A stretch of DNA of 32,000 bases from Delftia acidovorans NBRC 14950 (GTDB taxonomy: Bacteria; Pseudomonadota; Gammaproteobacteria; Burkholderiales; Burkholderiaceae_C). Below are positions 9,111 through 16,744 of this stretch, piece after piece. Numbering within the stretch: the first letter of the stretch is position 1; each line of letters starts with the position of its first letter. Below the pieces are notes generated by a model. It did not search any database. It was given only the letters and a program-made list of their open reading frames with translations, and was not told the DNA's origin. The DNA is taken from NCBI RefSeq assembly GCF_001598795.1, contig NZ_BCZP01000007.1, positions 280,734 through 312,733 of the forward strand, given 5' to 3'. The translations under genes were made by a program, and so were the position numbers.

Positions 9111-9167
9111 CACGCCTGCCACGCCTGCCTTGCCTGCCACTCCTGCCTTGTGCATCCGCACGCCTGC
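9111..9167. repeat. Imperfect 9-bp tandem repeat (CACGCCTGC-like x4, plus one more copy after a 12-nt gap)
   Basis: CACGCCTGC CACGCCTGC CTTGCCTGC CACTCCTGC (9111-9146), then CACGCCTGC at 9159-9167. It lies in intergenic DNA. Confidence 0.7.
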
Positions 9168-9278
9168 CTGCGCCGTGCGGCGCGCGGCCTGCAAAGAGTG
9201 GCGGGAGGTCAGGAAGATGGACATGGCGGATCGTGGGGGTTGGCAGGGGTCTGGGACAGCGGGTGAATCAGTGGGTGG

Positions 9279-9297
9279 GCGCCGGCCGGGCCGGCGC
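9279..9297 (-). terminator. GC-rich hairpin 8 nt downstream of the sbp stop
   Basis: GCGCCGG-ccggg-CCGGCGC forms a 7-bp stem. No U-run follows. Confidence 0.4.
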
Positions 9298-9304
9298 GCT
9301 GCAC

Positions 9305-10327
9305 TCACTTCTTGGTGTAGATCTGGTCGAAGCTGCCGCCGTCGGCAAAGTGGTCCTTGTCAGCCTTGGCCCAGCCGCCAAAGGCCTGGTCGATGGTGAC
9401 CAGCTCCAGCTTGGGGAACTTGTCCGCAAACTCGGCCTTGACCTTGGCATCGGTGGGACGGTAGTAGTTGCGGCCGGCGATGCGCTGGCCTTCCTCGGAG
9501 TACAGGTACTTCAGGTACTCCTCGGCCACGGCGCGCGTGCCCTTCTTGTCCACGACCTTGTCGACCACGGCCACCGAAGGCTCGGCCAGGATGGACAGCG
9601 AAGGCACGACGATCTGGAACTTCTCGGGACCGAACTCCTTGAGTGCCAGGAAGGCCTCGTTCTCCCAGGCCAGCAGCACATCGCCCACGCCGCGCTGCAC
9701 GAAGGTGATGGTGGCGCCGCGCGCGCCGGTGTCCAGCACGGGCACGTTCTTGAACAGCTTGCCGATGAAGTCCTTGGCCTGTGCGTCGCCGCCGTACTTG
9801 CGCTTGGCGAATTCCCAGGCGGCCAGGTAGTTCCAGCGCGCACCGCCGCTGGTCTTGGGGTTGGGCGTGATCACCTGCACGCCGGGCTTGACCAGGTCGT
9901 CCCAGTCCTTGAGGTTCTTGGGATTGCCCTTCTTCACCAGGAAGACGATGGTGGAGCTGTAGGGCGCCGAGTTGTGCGGCAGGCGCTTTTGCCAGTCGGC
10001 CTTGAGCAGGTTGCCGTTCTTGACCAGGGCGTCGATGTCGCCGGCCAGCGCCAGCGTGGCCACGTCGGCGTCGATGCCGTCGATGATGGAACGCGCCTGC
10101 TTGCCCGAGCCGCCATGCGACTGCTTGACGCTCACGTCCTGGCCGCTCTTGGCCTTCCAGTGCTTGGCGAAGGCCTGGTTGTACTCCACGTACAGCTCGC
10201 GCGTCGGATCGTAGGAGACATTGAGCAGTTGCACCGACTGGGCCAACGCCGGCAGAGCCGACAGGGTCAAGCCCGCGATCAGGCCGGCGGCGACAGGAAA
10301 CTTGATAAAGTGGCGGCGAATTTTCAT
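9305..10327 (-). CDS. sbp: Sulfate/thiosulfate ABC transporter periplasmic binding protein
   Basis: 340 aa with a signal peptide (ALPALAQS). [13 protein letters not shown]...[30 protein letters not shown]...[19 protein letters not shown] is diagnostic of Sbp/CysP. Confidence 0.95.
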   Translation of the reverse strand: MKIRRHFIKFPVAAGLIAGLTLSALPALAQSVQLLNVSYDPTRELYVEYNQAFAKHWKAKSGQDVSVKQSHGGSGKQARSIIDGIDADVATLALAGDIDALVKNGNLLKADWQKRLPHNSAPYSSTIVFLVKKGNPKNLKDWDDLVKPGVQVITPNPKTSGGARWNYLAAWEFAKRKYGGDAQAKDFIGKLFKNVPVLDTGARGATITFVQRGVGDVLLAWENEAFLALKEFGPEKFQIVVPSLSILAEPSVAVVDKVVDKKGTRAVAEEYLKYLYSEEGQRIAGRNYYRPTDAKVKAEFADKFPKLELVTIDQAFGGWAKADKDHFADGGSFDQIYTKK

Positions 10328-10471
10328 TGGAGTGTCGGTAGAGAGTGGAGACGACGGTCTGGTGCCGTGGAAAGCATTCTCAAAGCCAACTCTTAAAACT
10401 CAAACCAATAAGATTTCAGTTTGTTATTCCAAAAACATCTGAATCTCCACAAGACAAGGACTCAATTCCCC
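10328..10471. promoter_or_regulatory. AT-rich divergent control region between sbp and yggX (candidate CysB-type sites)
   Basis: CCAATAAGATTTCAGTTTGTTATTCCAAAAACATCTGAATC is a marked AT island with the imperfect inverted repeat AATAAG..TTATT. The CysB assignment is inferred from sbp being a classic cys-regulon gene. Confidence 0.35.
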
Positions 10472-10744
10472 ATGGCACGTACCGTTCACTGCATCAAGCT
10501 TGGCGTTGACGCTGAAGGCCTGGACTTCCCGCCCTACCCCGGCGAGCTGGGCAAGCGCATTTTTGAAGGCGTGAGCAAGCAGGCCTGGGCCGACTGGCTC
10601 AAGCACCAGACGATGCTGGTCAACGAAAACCGCCTGAACCTGGCCGACGCACGCGCCCGCCAGTACCTGGCCCGCCAGATGGAAAACCACTTCTTCGGCG
10701 GCGGCGCCGATGCGGCGGCCGGCTACGTGCCTCCTACGGCCTGA
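10472..10744 (+). CDS. yggX: Fe(2+)-trafficking / oxidative-damage protection protein YggX (90 aa)
   Basis: [66 protein letters not shown] is the canonical YggX sequence. ATG at 10472. Confidence 0.9.
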   Translation: MARTVHCIKLGVDAEGLDFPPYPGELGKRIFEGVSKQAWADWLKHQTMLVNENRLNLADARARQYLARQMENHFFGGGADAAAGYVPPTA

Positions 10745-10762
10745 GCCGCTTCGCGCCTTTTC

Positions 10763-10800
10763 ACCGCCCCCGTCGCAACGCGCCGGGGGCGGTTTCATTT
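10763..10800 (+). terminator. Rho-independent terminator after yggX
   Basis: ACCGCCCCCG (10763-10772) pairs with CGGGGGCGGT (10784-10793) around an 11-nt loop, followed by TTCATTT. Confidence 0.7.
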
Positions 10801-10916
10801 GCGGTGCCGCAAACGGCCGCCGCCCAGAGACCGCCTACAATGCCCGCCTTCTTGCGCTGGACGGCGCAGTGGCCGCACACCCTGCGGCGCGGGCCGGTCT
10901 TCACCCGAGGTTTTCC

Positions 10917-11585
10917 GTGCTTCCATCCGTCTCCCTGCTGGAATCGTTCCAGGCATCGCAGTTCACCGTCATGCTGGTGATCTACCTCGTGGCCATCACG
11001 GCCGAAGCCATGTCGGGCGCGCTGGCGGCGGGCCGGCGCAACATGGACATCTTCGGCGTGGCCGTGATCGCCTTCGTCACCGCGCTGGGCGGCGGCACCA
11101 TCCGCGACATGGTGCTGGGCCACTACCCCATCGGCTGGACGCAGCACCCTGAATATGTCTACCTGGTCATCTCGGCCGGGCTGCTGACCATCGTCGTGGC
11201 GCGCCACATGCACCATCTCAAGCAGGTCTTTCTGCTGCTGGACGCCATGGGGCTGATCGCCTTCTCGCTGATCGGCTGCAACGTGGCGCTGGAGCTGGGC
11301 TATCCGCCCGTGGTGGTGGTGATGTCGGGCATGCTGACCGGCATCAGCGGCGGCATTCTGCGCGACGTGCTGTGCAACCAGGTGCCGGTCGTCTTCCGGC
11401 GCGAGCTGTACGCCAGCGTGTCGCTGGCCGTGTGCCTGCTGTTCCTGGGACTGCGCACGCTGGAAGTGGGCTCCAACCTCAGCACCGTCGTCTGCTTTGC
11501 CGGCGGACTCACGCTGCGCCTGGCTGCCATCCGCTTCAAGTGGCGGCTGCCCGTGTTCTCCTACCAGCAGCGCTGGGAGGAGTAG
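10917..11585 (+). CDS. UPF0126 / trimeric intracellular cation channel (YadS/YicG-like) membrane protein
   Basis: Duplicated glycine motifs ALGGGTIRDMVLG and GISGGILRDVLCN. The start is taken as GTG 10917 (GAGG 8 nt upstream), with an alternative ATG at 10971. The upstream part of track ORF 10710.. overlaps yggX and is rejected. Confidence 0.8.
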   Translation: MLPSVSLLESFQASQFTVMLVIYLVAITAEAMSGALAAGRRNMDIFGVAVIAFVTALGGGTIRDMVLGHYPIGWTQHPEYVYLVISAGLLTIVVARHMHHLKQVFLLLDAMGLIAFSLIGCNVALELGYPPVVVVMSGMLTGISGGILRDVLCNQVPVVFRRELYASVSLAVCLLFLGLRTLEVGSNLSTVVCFAGGLTLRLAAIRFKWRLPVFSYQQRWEE

Positions 11586-11600
11586 TTCTGCCCCTTGCCC

Positions 11601-13541
11601 ATGTCCGAACCCATTGACTGGCTGCCCGATGGCACGCCCTACAGCCCGCGCTTCGGCGACCGCTACCACAGCGAACTCGGCGGCCTGGACCAGGCCCGTC
11701 ACGTCTTTCTGGGCGGCTGCGGCCTGCCGGCGGCCTGGGCCGATGCGCCGCAATGGCGCATCCTGGAGACCGGCTTCGGCTTCGGCCTGAATTTCCTCGT
11801 GGCCTGGGAAGCCTGGAAGACCGATCCCCGGCGCCCAAGGCTGCTGCATTTCGTCTCGGCCGAGGCCTTTCCCGTCAGTGCAGACGCCATGCGCCAGGCC
11901 CTGCCCCGGGAACCCGGCCTGCGTGCGCTGGCCGAGCAACTGGCGGCCCGGTTCCAGGGCCTGCTGCCCGGCGTGCACCGCCTCGCCTTCGAGCAGGGGC
12001 GCGTGCTGCTGACGCTGTACATCGGTGATGCCCAGGCCATGCTGCGGCGCCAGCAGCTCACGGCCGACAGCATCTACCTGGACGGCTTCACGCCGGAACT
12101 CAACCCCGAGCTCTGGAGCGCCGAGACCCTGCGCGCGCTGGCGCGCCATTGCCGGCGCGGCACACAGCTGTCCACCTGGTGCGTGGCGCGCACGGTGCGC
12201 GATGGCCTGGCCCAGCACGGCTTTCAGGTCCGCAAGGTGGATGGCGTGCGCCCCAAGCGCCACAACCTGCATGCCGTGTTTGACCCGGCCTGGCAACCGC
12301 GTGGGCCGCGCGGGCCGCGTGCACAGCCGCAGGAAGCCATCACCCCACGGCGCTGCATGGTGCTGGGTGCAGGCATCGCCGGCGCGGCCGCCGCCGCCAG
12401 CCTGTCGCGCCGTGGCTGGCAGGTCACCGTGCTGGATGCTGCCGACGCGCCTGCAGCGGGCGCCTCGGCCCTGCCCGCGGGCCTGTTCTGCCCCCATGTC
12501 TCGCCCGATGACAGCCTGCTGTCCCGCCTGAGCCGCGACGGCGCACGCCTGACACTGGCGCAGCTGCAAATGCTCTCCGGCCAGGGCCTGCTGCAACCGG
12601 GCACGGACTGGTGCGATACCGGCGTGCTGGAGCATGGCGTGGAAGCCGCCCCGCGGCTGCCGCGCGACTGGCAATCCCCCGGCCCGGGCGACCACTGGAG
12701 CCGGCCCGCAAGCGCCGATCAACTCTCGGCGGCCTGCCTGCCTGCCGACGCCCCGGCCTGCTGGCATGCGCAGGCCGGCTGGGTGCGCCCGGCGCGGCTG
12801 GTGCAGGCGCAGCTGGCGCTGCCCGGCGTGCGCTGGCAGGGCCGCGCCTGCGTGGCGCGTCTTGCATGCACCGACACAGCCGGTGGCGCGCCCGTCTGGC
12901 AGGCCCTGGATGCACAGGGCAATCTGCAGGCCGAGGCTGAACTGGTCGTTATCGCACTGGGCCCCGCAACGAATACGCTGCTGGAGCACAGCCTGGGCGC
13001 CCAGGCCGCCTGGCCGCTGCAGCCCATACGCGGCCAGGTCAGCTGGGATGTGCACACCCCGGCCAGCGCACATGCCATGCCGCCCTTCCCCGTCAACGGC
13101 CATGGCAACCTGGTGCCTGCCATGCCGCTGCCCGGCGATGCAGCCGGGCCAGGCTGGGTCATGGGATCGACCTTCGAGCGCGACCAGACCGCGCTGCCGC
13201 CAAGTCCCGAAGACCAGGCCGCCGCCCATGCAGCCAATGGCGCCAAGCTGGCGCAGCTGCTGCCAGGTGCCTATCAGGGCCTGCAAGGCTTCTTCGACGC
13301 GCCACCGCGCGCCACCTGGGGCGCCGTGCGCGTGGCCTCGCCAGACCGGCTGCCCGTGGTCGGACCGGTGTCCGATCAGGCTCCCGGCCTGTGGGCCCTG
13401 ACGGCCATGGGCTCGCGCGGGCTCACGCTGTCGCTGCTGTGCGGCGAGCTGCTGGCAGCACGCCTGCACGACGAACCGCTGCCCCTGGATGCCAGGCTGG
13501 CGGCTGCCCTGGCCAGCGAGCGCCTGGGCCGCAGGCGCTGA
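11601..13541 (+). CDS. mnmC: Bifunctional tRNA (mnm5s2U34) methyltransferase / FAD-dependent cmnm5s2U34 oxidoreductase
   Basis: N-terminal MnmD-type domain (DWLPDGTPYSPRFGDRYHS...ILETGFGFGLNF). C-terminal DAO domain with VLGAGIAGAAAAASLSRRGWQVTVLD. ATG at 11601 (the track start 11595 is TTG). Confidence 0.9.
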   Translation: MSEPIDWLPDGTPYSPRFGDRYHSELGGLDQARHVFLGGCGLPAAWADAPQWRILETGFGFGLNFLVAWEAWKTDPRRPRLLHFVSAEAFPVSADAMRQALPREPGLRALAEQLAARFQGLLPGVHRLAFEQGRVLLTLYIGDAQAMLRRQQLTADSIYLDGFTPELNPELWSAETLRALARHCRRGTQLSTWCVARTVRDGLAQHGFQVRKVDGVRPKRHNLHAVFDPAWQPRGPRGPRAQPQEAITPRRCMVLGAGIAGAAAAASLSRRGWQVTVLDAADAPAAGASALPAGLFCPHVSPDDSLLSRLSRDGARLTLAQLQMLSGQGLLQPGTDWCDTGVLEHGVEAAPRLPRDWQSPGPGDHWSRPASADQLSAACLPADAPACWHAQAGWVRPARLVQAQLALPGVRWQGRACVARLACTDTAGGAPVWQALDAQGNLQAEAELVVIALGPATNTLLEHSLGAQAAWPLQPIRGQVSWDVHTPASAHAMPPFPVNGHGNLVPAMPLPGDAAGPGWVMGSTFERDQTALPPSPEDQAAAHAANGAKLAQLLPGAYQGLQGFFDAPPRATWGAVRVASPDRLPVVGPVSDQAPGLWALTAMGSRGLTLSLLCGELLAARLHDEPLPLDARLAAALASERLGRRR

Positions 13542-13552
13542 GCCGTTGAACC

Positions 13553-13575
13553 GCCCGGCCGCTGAACGGCCGGGC
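13553..13575 (+). terminator. GC-rich hairpin after mnmC
   Basis: GCCCGGCCG-ctgaa-CGGCCGGGC forms a 9-bp stem. No clear U-run follows. Confidence 0.45.
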
Positions 13576-13632
13576 ATTCACACAACGGCCTGAAAGAAAA
13601 CCCGAGTCTTCCCGCAGACGGTTTTTGTCACT

Positions 13633-13656
13633 CGTTATGTTTGTTAGTGCATATCG
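13633..13656. promoter_or_regulatory. ModE-type (molybdate-responsive) operator look-alike
   Basis: The window has CGTTATGT-TTGTTAG-TGCAT-ATCG. The E. coli modA operator, as I remember it, is CGTTATAT-TGTCGCC-TACAT-AACG (TATAT-N7-TAYAT rule). That gives 14/17 matches outside the spacer. The half-sites also form an imperfect 8-bp inverted repeat (CGwTATGy). Confidence 0.45.
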
Positions 13657-13663
13657 CTAGAAT
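13635..13663 (+). promoter_or_regulatory. Candidate sigma70 promoter of the TonB-receptor operon (-10 TAGAAT 13658-13663; weak -35 TTATGT 13635-13640; alternative -35 TTGTCA 13625-13630)
   Basis: Read directly in the only AT-rich island of the 190-nt mnmC/receptor spacer. It overlaps the ModE-like box. Confidence 0.35.
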
Positions 13664-13731
13664 CCGGAACCTGTTTTCAAAAGGAAACAACCAGCCGCTC
13701 CCCGCGTTCAACCACACAAGAACCTGAAACC

Positions 13732-15813
13732 GTGATCCGCCAGCCCCGCTCCTGCGCTCCCGCATCCTCACCCGCCCTCTGCTCACCCTCGTTCCGCCTT
13801 CGCTCCGCACTGACACACGCCCTGCTGCTCGCAGGCCTGGCCGCCAGCACGCAGGCGCAAGCCCAGGTCGAGGCCCAATCGGGTGCGCCTGCAGCCCAGG
13901 CTTCGCAGACCTTCCAGTTGGGCACGGTCGATGTGCACGGTGCGCGTGATGAGGCGCAGGCCATATCCGGCGATGAACAGCGACTGGGCGCCGACGAGAT
14001 GCGCCAGCGCAATGCCGACACCGTGGCCGACGCCGTGCGCCTGCTGCCGGGCGCCACGCTGTCGCGCAACAATCGCAACGAGGAAATGATCTACCTGCGC
14101 GGCTTCGATCCGCGCCAGGTGCCGGTCTTCGTGGACGGCGTGCCGCTGTACGGGCCCTATGACGGCTATGTGGACTTCGGCCGCTTCACCACGTTCGACC
14201 TGTCCGAGATCCGCGTGGCCAAGGCTGGCGCATCGCTGATGTATGGCCCCAATACGCTGGGCGGCGCCATCAACCTGGTCACGCGCAAGCCCGTCAAATC
14301 CTTCGAGGGCGATGCGCGCATCGGCGCAGGCGCAGGCGGCGAACGCAAGGCCGCCGTGAACCTGGGCGGCAACCTGGGTACCTGGTACTACCAGCTTGGC
14401 GCCTCCTACCTGGACGCGGACAGTTTTCCGCTGCCCAAGGGCTTCAAGGACTTCAAGAAGCAGCCCACCGACACGGGCAACTACCGCGACAACGCCTACC
14501 GCACGGACAAGCGGCTGTCGTTCAAGCTGGGCCTCACGCCCAATGCCACGGACGAATACGCGCTGGGCTATGTGCGCCAGGAAGGCGAGAAGGGCAACCC
14601 CGTGTATACCGGCAGCGCCACGGGCAAGAACGTCATCCGCTACTGGCGCTGGCCCTACTGGGACAAGGACAGCGTGTACTTTCTGAGCACCACGCGCATC
14701 AATGCCGACAACCTGCTCAAGACACGCATCTACCACGACACCTACCAAAACGGCCTGGACATGTACACGGACGCGAGCTACACGCGCCATGACCCCACCA
14801 GCAGCTACAAGGACGTGAGCCAGGGCGCCAGCATCGAGTGGGCCAACTACAGTTTCAAGGGCCATGCGCTGCGCCTGGGCGCGCACTACAAGATCGACGA
14901 GCACACCGATGCCGCCTCGGCCAAGGACCCCAGCAAGCACTACCGCGACGTGACGCGCTCCCTGGTGATCGAGGACACGATCTCCCTGGCCGAACGCTGG
15001 AGCCTGAACCTGGCGCTCAGCCACGACCAGCGCGATGCGCGCGAGGTCTACCAGTGGCCCACGGGCTCCGCCAGCGCCACCAATGGCGTGGCCAAGCTCG
15101 GCTATACGCTGGGCGGTGGCAGCGAGGCGTATTTCATCGCCTCGCACAAGACGCGCTTTCCCACCATCAAGGACCGCTACTCGGCACGCATGGGCACGGC
15201 CCTGGCCAACCCCGACCTGCAGCCCGAGACGGCCAACCACCTGGAGCTGGGCGTCAGCGGCTCACCCTGGCAGGGTGGCCAGGGCCAGGCCGCGCTGTTC
15301 TACAGCCGCGTGCGCAACCAGATCCAGACCGTGGTCGTGGCCTCGGCCGAATGCGGCGGCACCACCTGCAACCAGGCGCAGAACGTGGGGCGCACGCGCA
15401 ACATCGGCATGGAGCTGTCCCTGGCCCAGCAACTGTCCGCGCAATGGGGCGTGAACGCCGGCTACACCTACCTGAACCGCCGCAATACCAGCGACTCCAG
15501 CATCACGCTGACCAACACGCCGCGCCACCGCCTGCTGGCCGGCGTTCAGTGGCGTCCGCTGGCGCAGTGGGAATTCAATGCCGAGGTCGAGACCGAGAAG
15601 GGCCGCTACGTGCCGCTGTCGGGCAGCGGCCAGCTGCAGACGCTCAAGCTGTCGGGCTACGGCATTGCCAACCTGCGCGCACGCTACAAGCCGCGCAGCG
15701 ACATCACCGTGGACTTTGGCGTGGCCAATATCGGCGACAAGTGGTACCAGTTCGATGACGGCCTGCCCATGCCGGGCCGCAGCTGGTATGTCAACCTGGG
15801 CTATCGCTTCTGA
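13732..15813 (+). CDS. TonB-dependent outer-membrane receptor (693 aa)
   Basis: Signal peptide ALLLAGLAASTQAQA and a TonB-box-like FQLGTVDVHG. Plug motifs IYLRGFDPRQVPVFVDGVPLYGP and GPNTLGGAINLVTRKP. Barrel terminus YVNLGYRF. The start GTG 13732 is the first in-frame start and lacks a clear SD, so it is uncertain. Confidence 0.9.
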   Translation: MIRQPRSCAPASSPALCSPSFRLRSALTHALLLAGLAASTQAQAQVEAQSGAPAAQASQTFQLGTVDVHGARDEAQAISGDEQRLGADEMRQRNADTVADAVRLLPGATLSRNNRNEEMIYLRGFDPRQVPVFVDGVPLYGPYDGYVDFGRFTTFDLSEIRVAKAGASLMYGPNTLGGAINLVTRKPVKSFEGDARIGAGAGGERKAAVNLGGNLGTWYYQLGASYLDADSFPLPKGFKDFKKQPTDTGNYRDNAYRTDKRLSFKLGLTPNATDEYALGYVRQEGEKGNPVYTGSATGKNVIRYWRWPYWDKDSVYFLSTTRINADNLLKTRIYHDTYQNGLDMYTDASYTRHDPTSSYKDVSQGASIEWANYSFKGHALRLGAHYKIDEHTDAASAKDPSKHYRDVTRSLVIEDTISLAERWSLNLALSHDQRDAREVYQWPTGSASATNGVAKLGYTLGGGSEAYFIASHKTRFPTIKDRYSARMGTALANPDLQPETANHLELGVSGSPWQGGQGQAALFYSRVRNQIQTVVVASAECGGTTCNQAQNVGRTRNIGMELSLAQQLSAQWGVNAGYTYLNRRNTSDSSITLTNTPRHRLLAGVQWRPLAQWEFNAEVETEKGRYVPLSGSGQLQTLKLSGYGIANLRARYKPRSDITVDFGVANIGDKWYQFDDGLPMPGRSWYVNLGYRF

Positions 15814-15835
15814 AGCACGGACTGGCCCTGAATCC

Positions 15836-16711
15836 ATGGAACCGCTCTGCCCCGATCGCCGCCGCCTGCTGGGCGCCCTGCCCGCGCTGGCAGCCCTGAG
15901 CGGCTGCGCCGCCCAGCCGGCCGAACCTGCCAGCGTGAACGTGGCCGTGGTCGGCGGCCTGTCGCTGTGCGGTGTGTGGCCGCACCTGGCCGACGCGGCG
16001 GGCCGCAGCCTGGGCCTGTCCGTGCGCACCGCCGTTGCCGCGCCCAAGGAGGGCGTGATCCCCGCCATGGCCCAGGGCCGCGCCCAGCTGCTGCTCATCC
16101 ACGCCAGCGATGAAGCCATGTCGCTGGAGGCTGCCGGCCTGGCATCGGCCGCGCGGGTCTGGGGCTGGAACGAGCATGTGTTCGCCGGCCCAGCGCATGA
16201 TCCGGCCGGGGTGCGCGGCGCGGCCGATGGCGTGGAGGCCATGCGCCGCATCGTTGCCAGCGGCTCGCCCTTCATCGCGCTGCGCGACCCCGGCAGCTAT
16301 ACCGTGGTCCAGCGGCTGTGGCGCCGCGCCGGCATACGGCCGGACGCCCGCTGGCTGCGCGCCGACACCGGGCCGCGCCCCCAGGCCGTGCTGCAGTTGG
16401 CGGCCGAGCTCCAGGCCTATGCCGTGGTGGGCCATATCCCGCTGCATTTCGGCAAGATGGGCGCGCCCGGCATCGAGCTGCTGCTGCACGGCGACCCGCT
16501 GATGCGCCGGCCCTATGTGCTGCTCACGCTCGGGCCGCGCCATCCGGCCGACGCTGGCCAGCGCCGCAGCGCGCAACGGCTGGCCGAGCATCTGCTGTCC
16601 GCACCGGGCCAGCAGGAACTGGCGCTGGCCAATGTGGCAGCCGGAGGTCCCTGGATCTTCGGGCGCGACAGCATGCCCCTGGTCAACGACACCGGCGGCG
16701 GCCAGGAGTAA
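15836..16711 (+). CDS. Lipoprotein with a tungstate/molybdate-binding-protein (TupA / PBP_like_2) fold, divergent (291 aa)
   Basis: MEPLCPDRRRLLGALPALAALSGC has an RR motif plus a lipobox. LLLIHASDEAMSLEAAG...NEHVFAGPAHDPAGVRG...PFIALRDPGSYT...LQAYAVVG...RPYVLLTLGP parallels the TupA blocks VVLVHAxxxE..F...G...NDFVIVGPxxDPAGI...PFISRGDDSGT...QAYTLTDRG as I remember them. Confidence 0.75.
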   Translation: MEPLCPDRRRLLGALPALAALSGCAAQPAEPASVNVAVVGGLSLCGVWPHLADAAGRSLGLSVRTAVAAPKEGVIPAMAQGRAQLLLIHASDEAMSLEAAGLASAARVWGWNEHVFAGPAHDPAGVRGAADGVEAMRRIVASGSPFIALRDPGSYTVVQRLWRRAGIRPDARWLRADTGPRPQAVLQLAAELQAYAVVGHIPLHFGKMGAPGIELLLHGDPLMRRPYVLLTLGPRHPADAGQRRSAQRLAEHLLSAPGQQELALANVAAGGPWIFGRDSMPLVNDTGGGQE

Positions 16712-16744
16712 AAACCTGCCTGGATCCCACAAGCACCGCATGCC

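Noticed and set aside
9111-9167. CRISPR-like array
   Set aside because: The repeat unit is only 9 bp with no spacers, and no cas genes are present. It is a simple tandem repeat.
9045-9308. 87-aa minus-strand ORF (or its internal 59-aa version from ATG 9221) in the sbp/ssu spacer
   Set aside because: It has no SD. Part of the peptide (KAGVAGKAGVAGV) is just the translation of the 9-bp DNA repeat. GC3 is only moderately elevated and no family was recognised. It is kept only as a remark in the spacer finding.
10761-13577. 938-aa ORF on the minus strand, the longest in the track
   Set aside because: It lies antisense to yggX-terminator/TRIC/mnmC, all of which have clear family signatures. Its translation is Arg/Ala/Gly/Pro/Gln-rich with no recognisable motif. 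This is the typical stop-depleted antisense frame of high-GC DNA.
13625-13665. Fur box upstream of the TonB-dependent receptor
   Set aside because: There is no convincing match to GATAATGATAATCATTATC. The AT-rich segment fits the ModE-type pattern better.
13542-13731. Possible cobalamin (or Moco) riboswitch in the leader of the TonB receptor operon
   Set aside because: A TBDR plus BtuF-like ABC set made me look for one. GAATCCGG is present, but I could not find a B12 box (rAGYCMGgAgaCCkGCc-like), the GCCACTG element, or a multi-stem architecture. The spacer is short once the mnmC terminator and promoter are subtracted. Only cmsearch can exclude it formally.
13783-15240. 485-aa minus-strand ORF antisense to the TonB-dependent receptor (also 15262..16275 and 15791..16741)
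   Set aside because: These are antisense to genes with strong family signatures. They have no SD or signal features, so they are GC-driven open frames.
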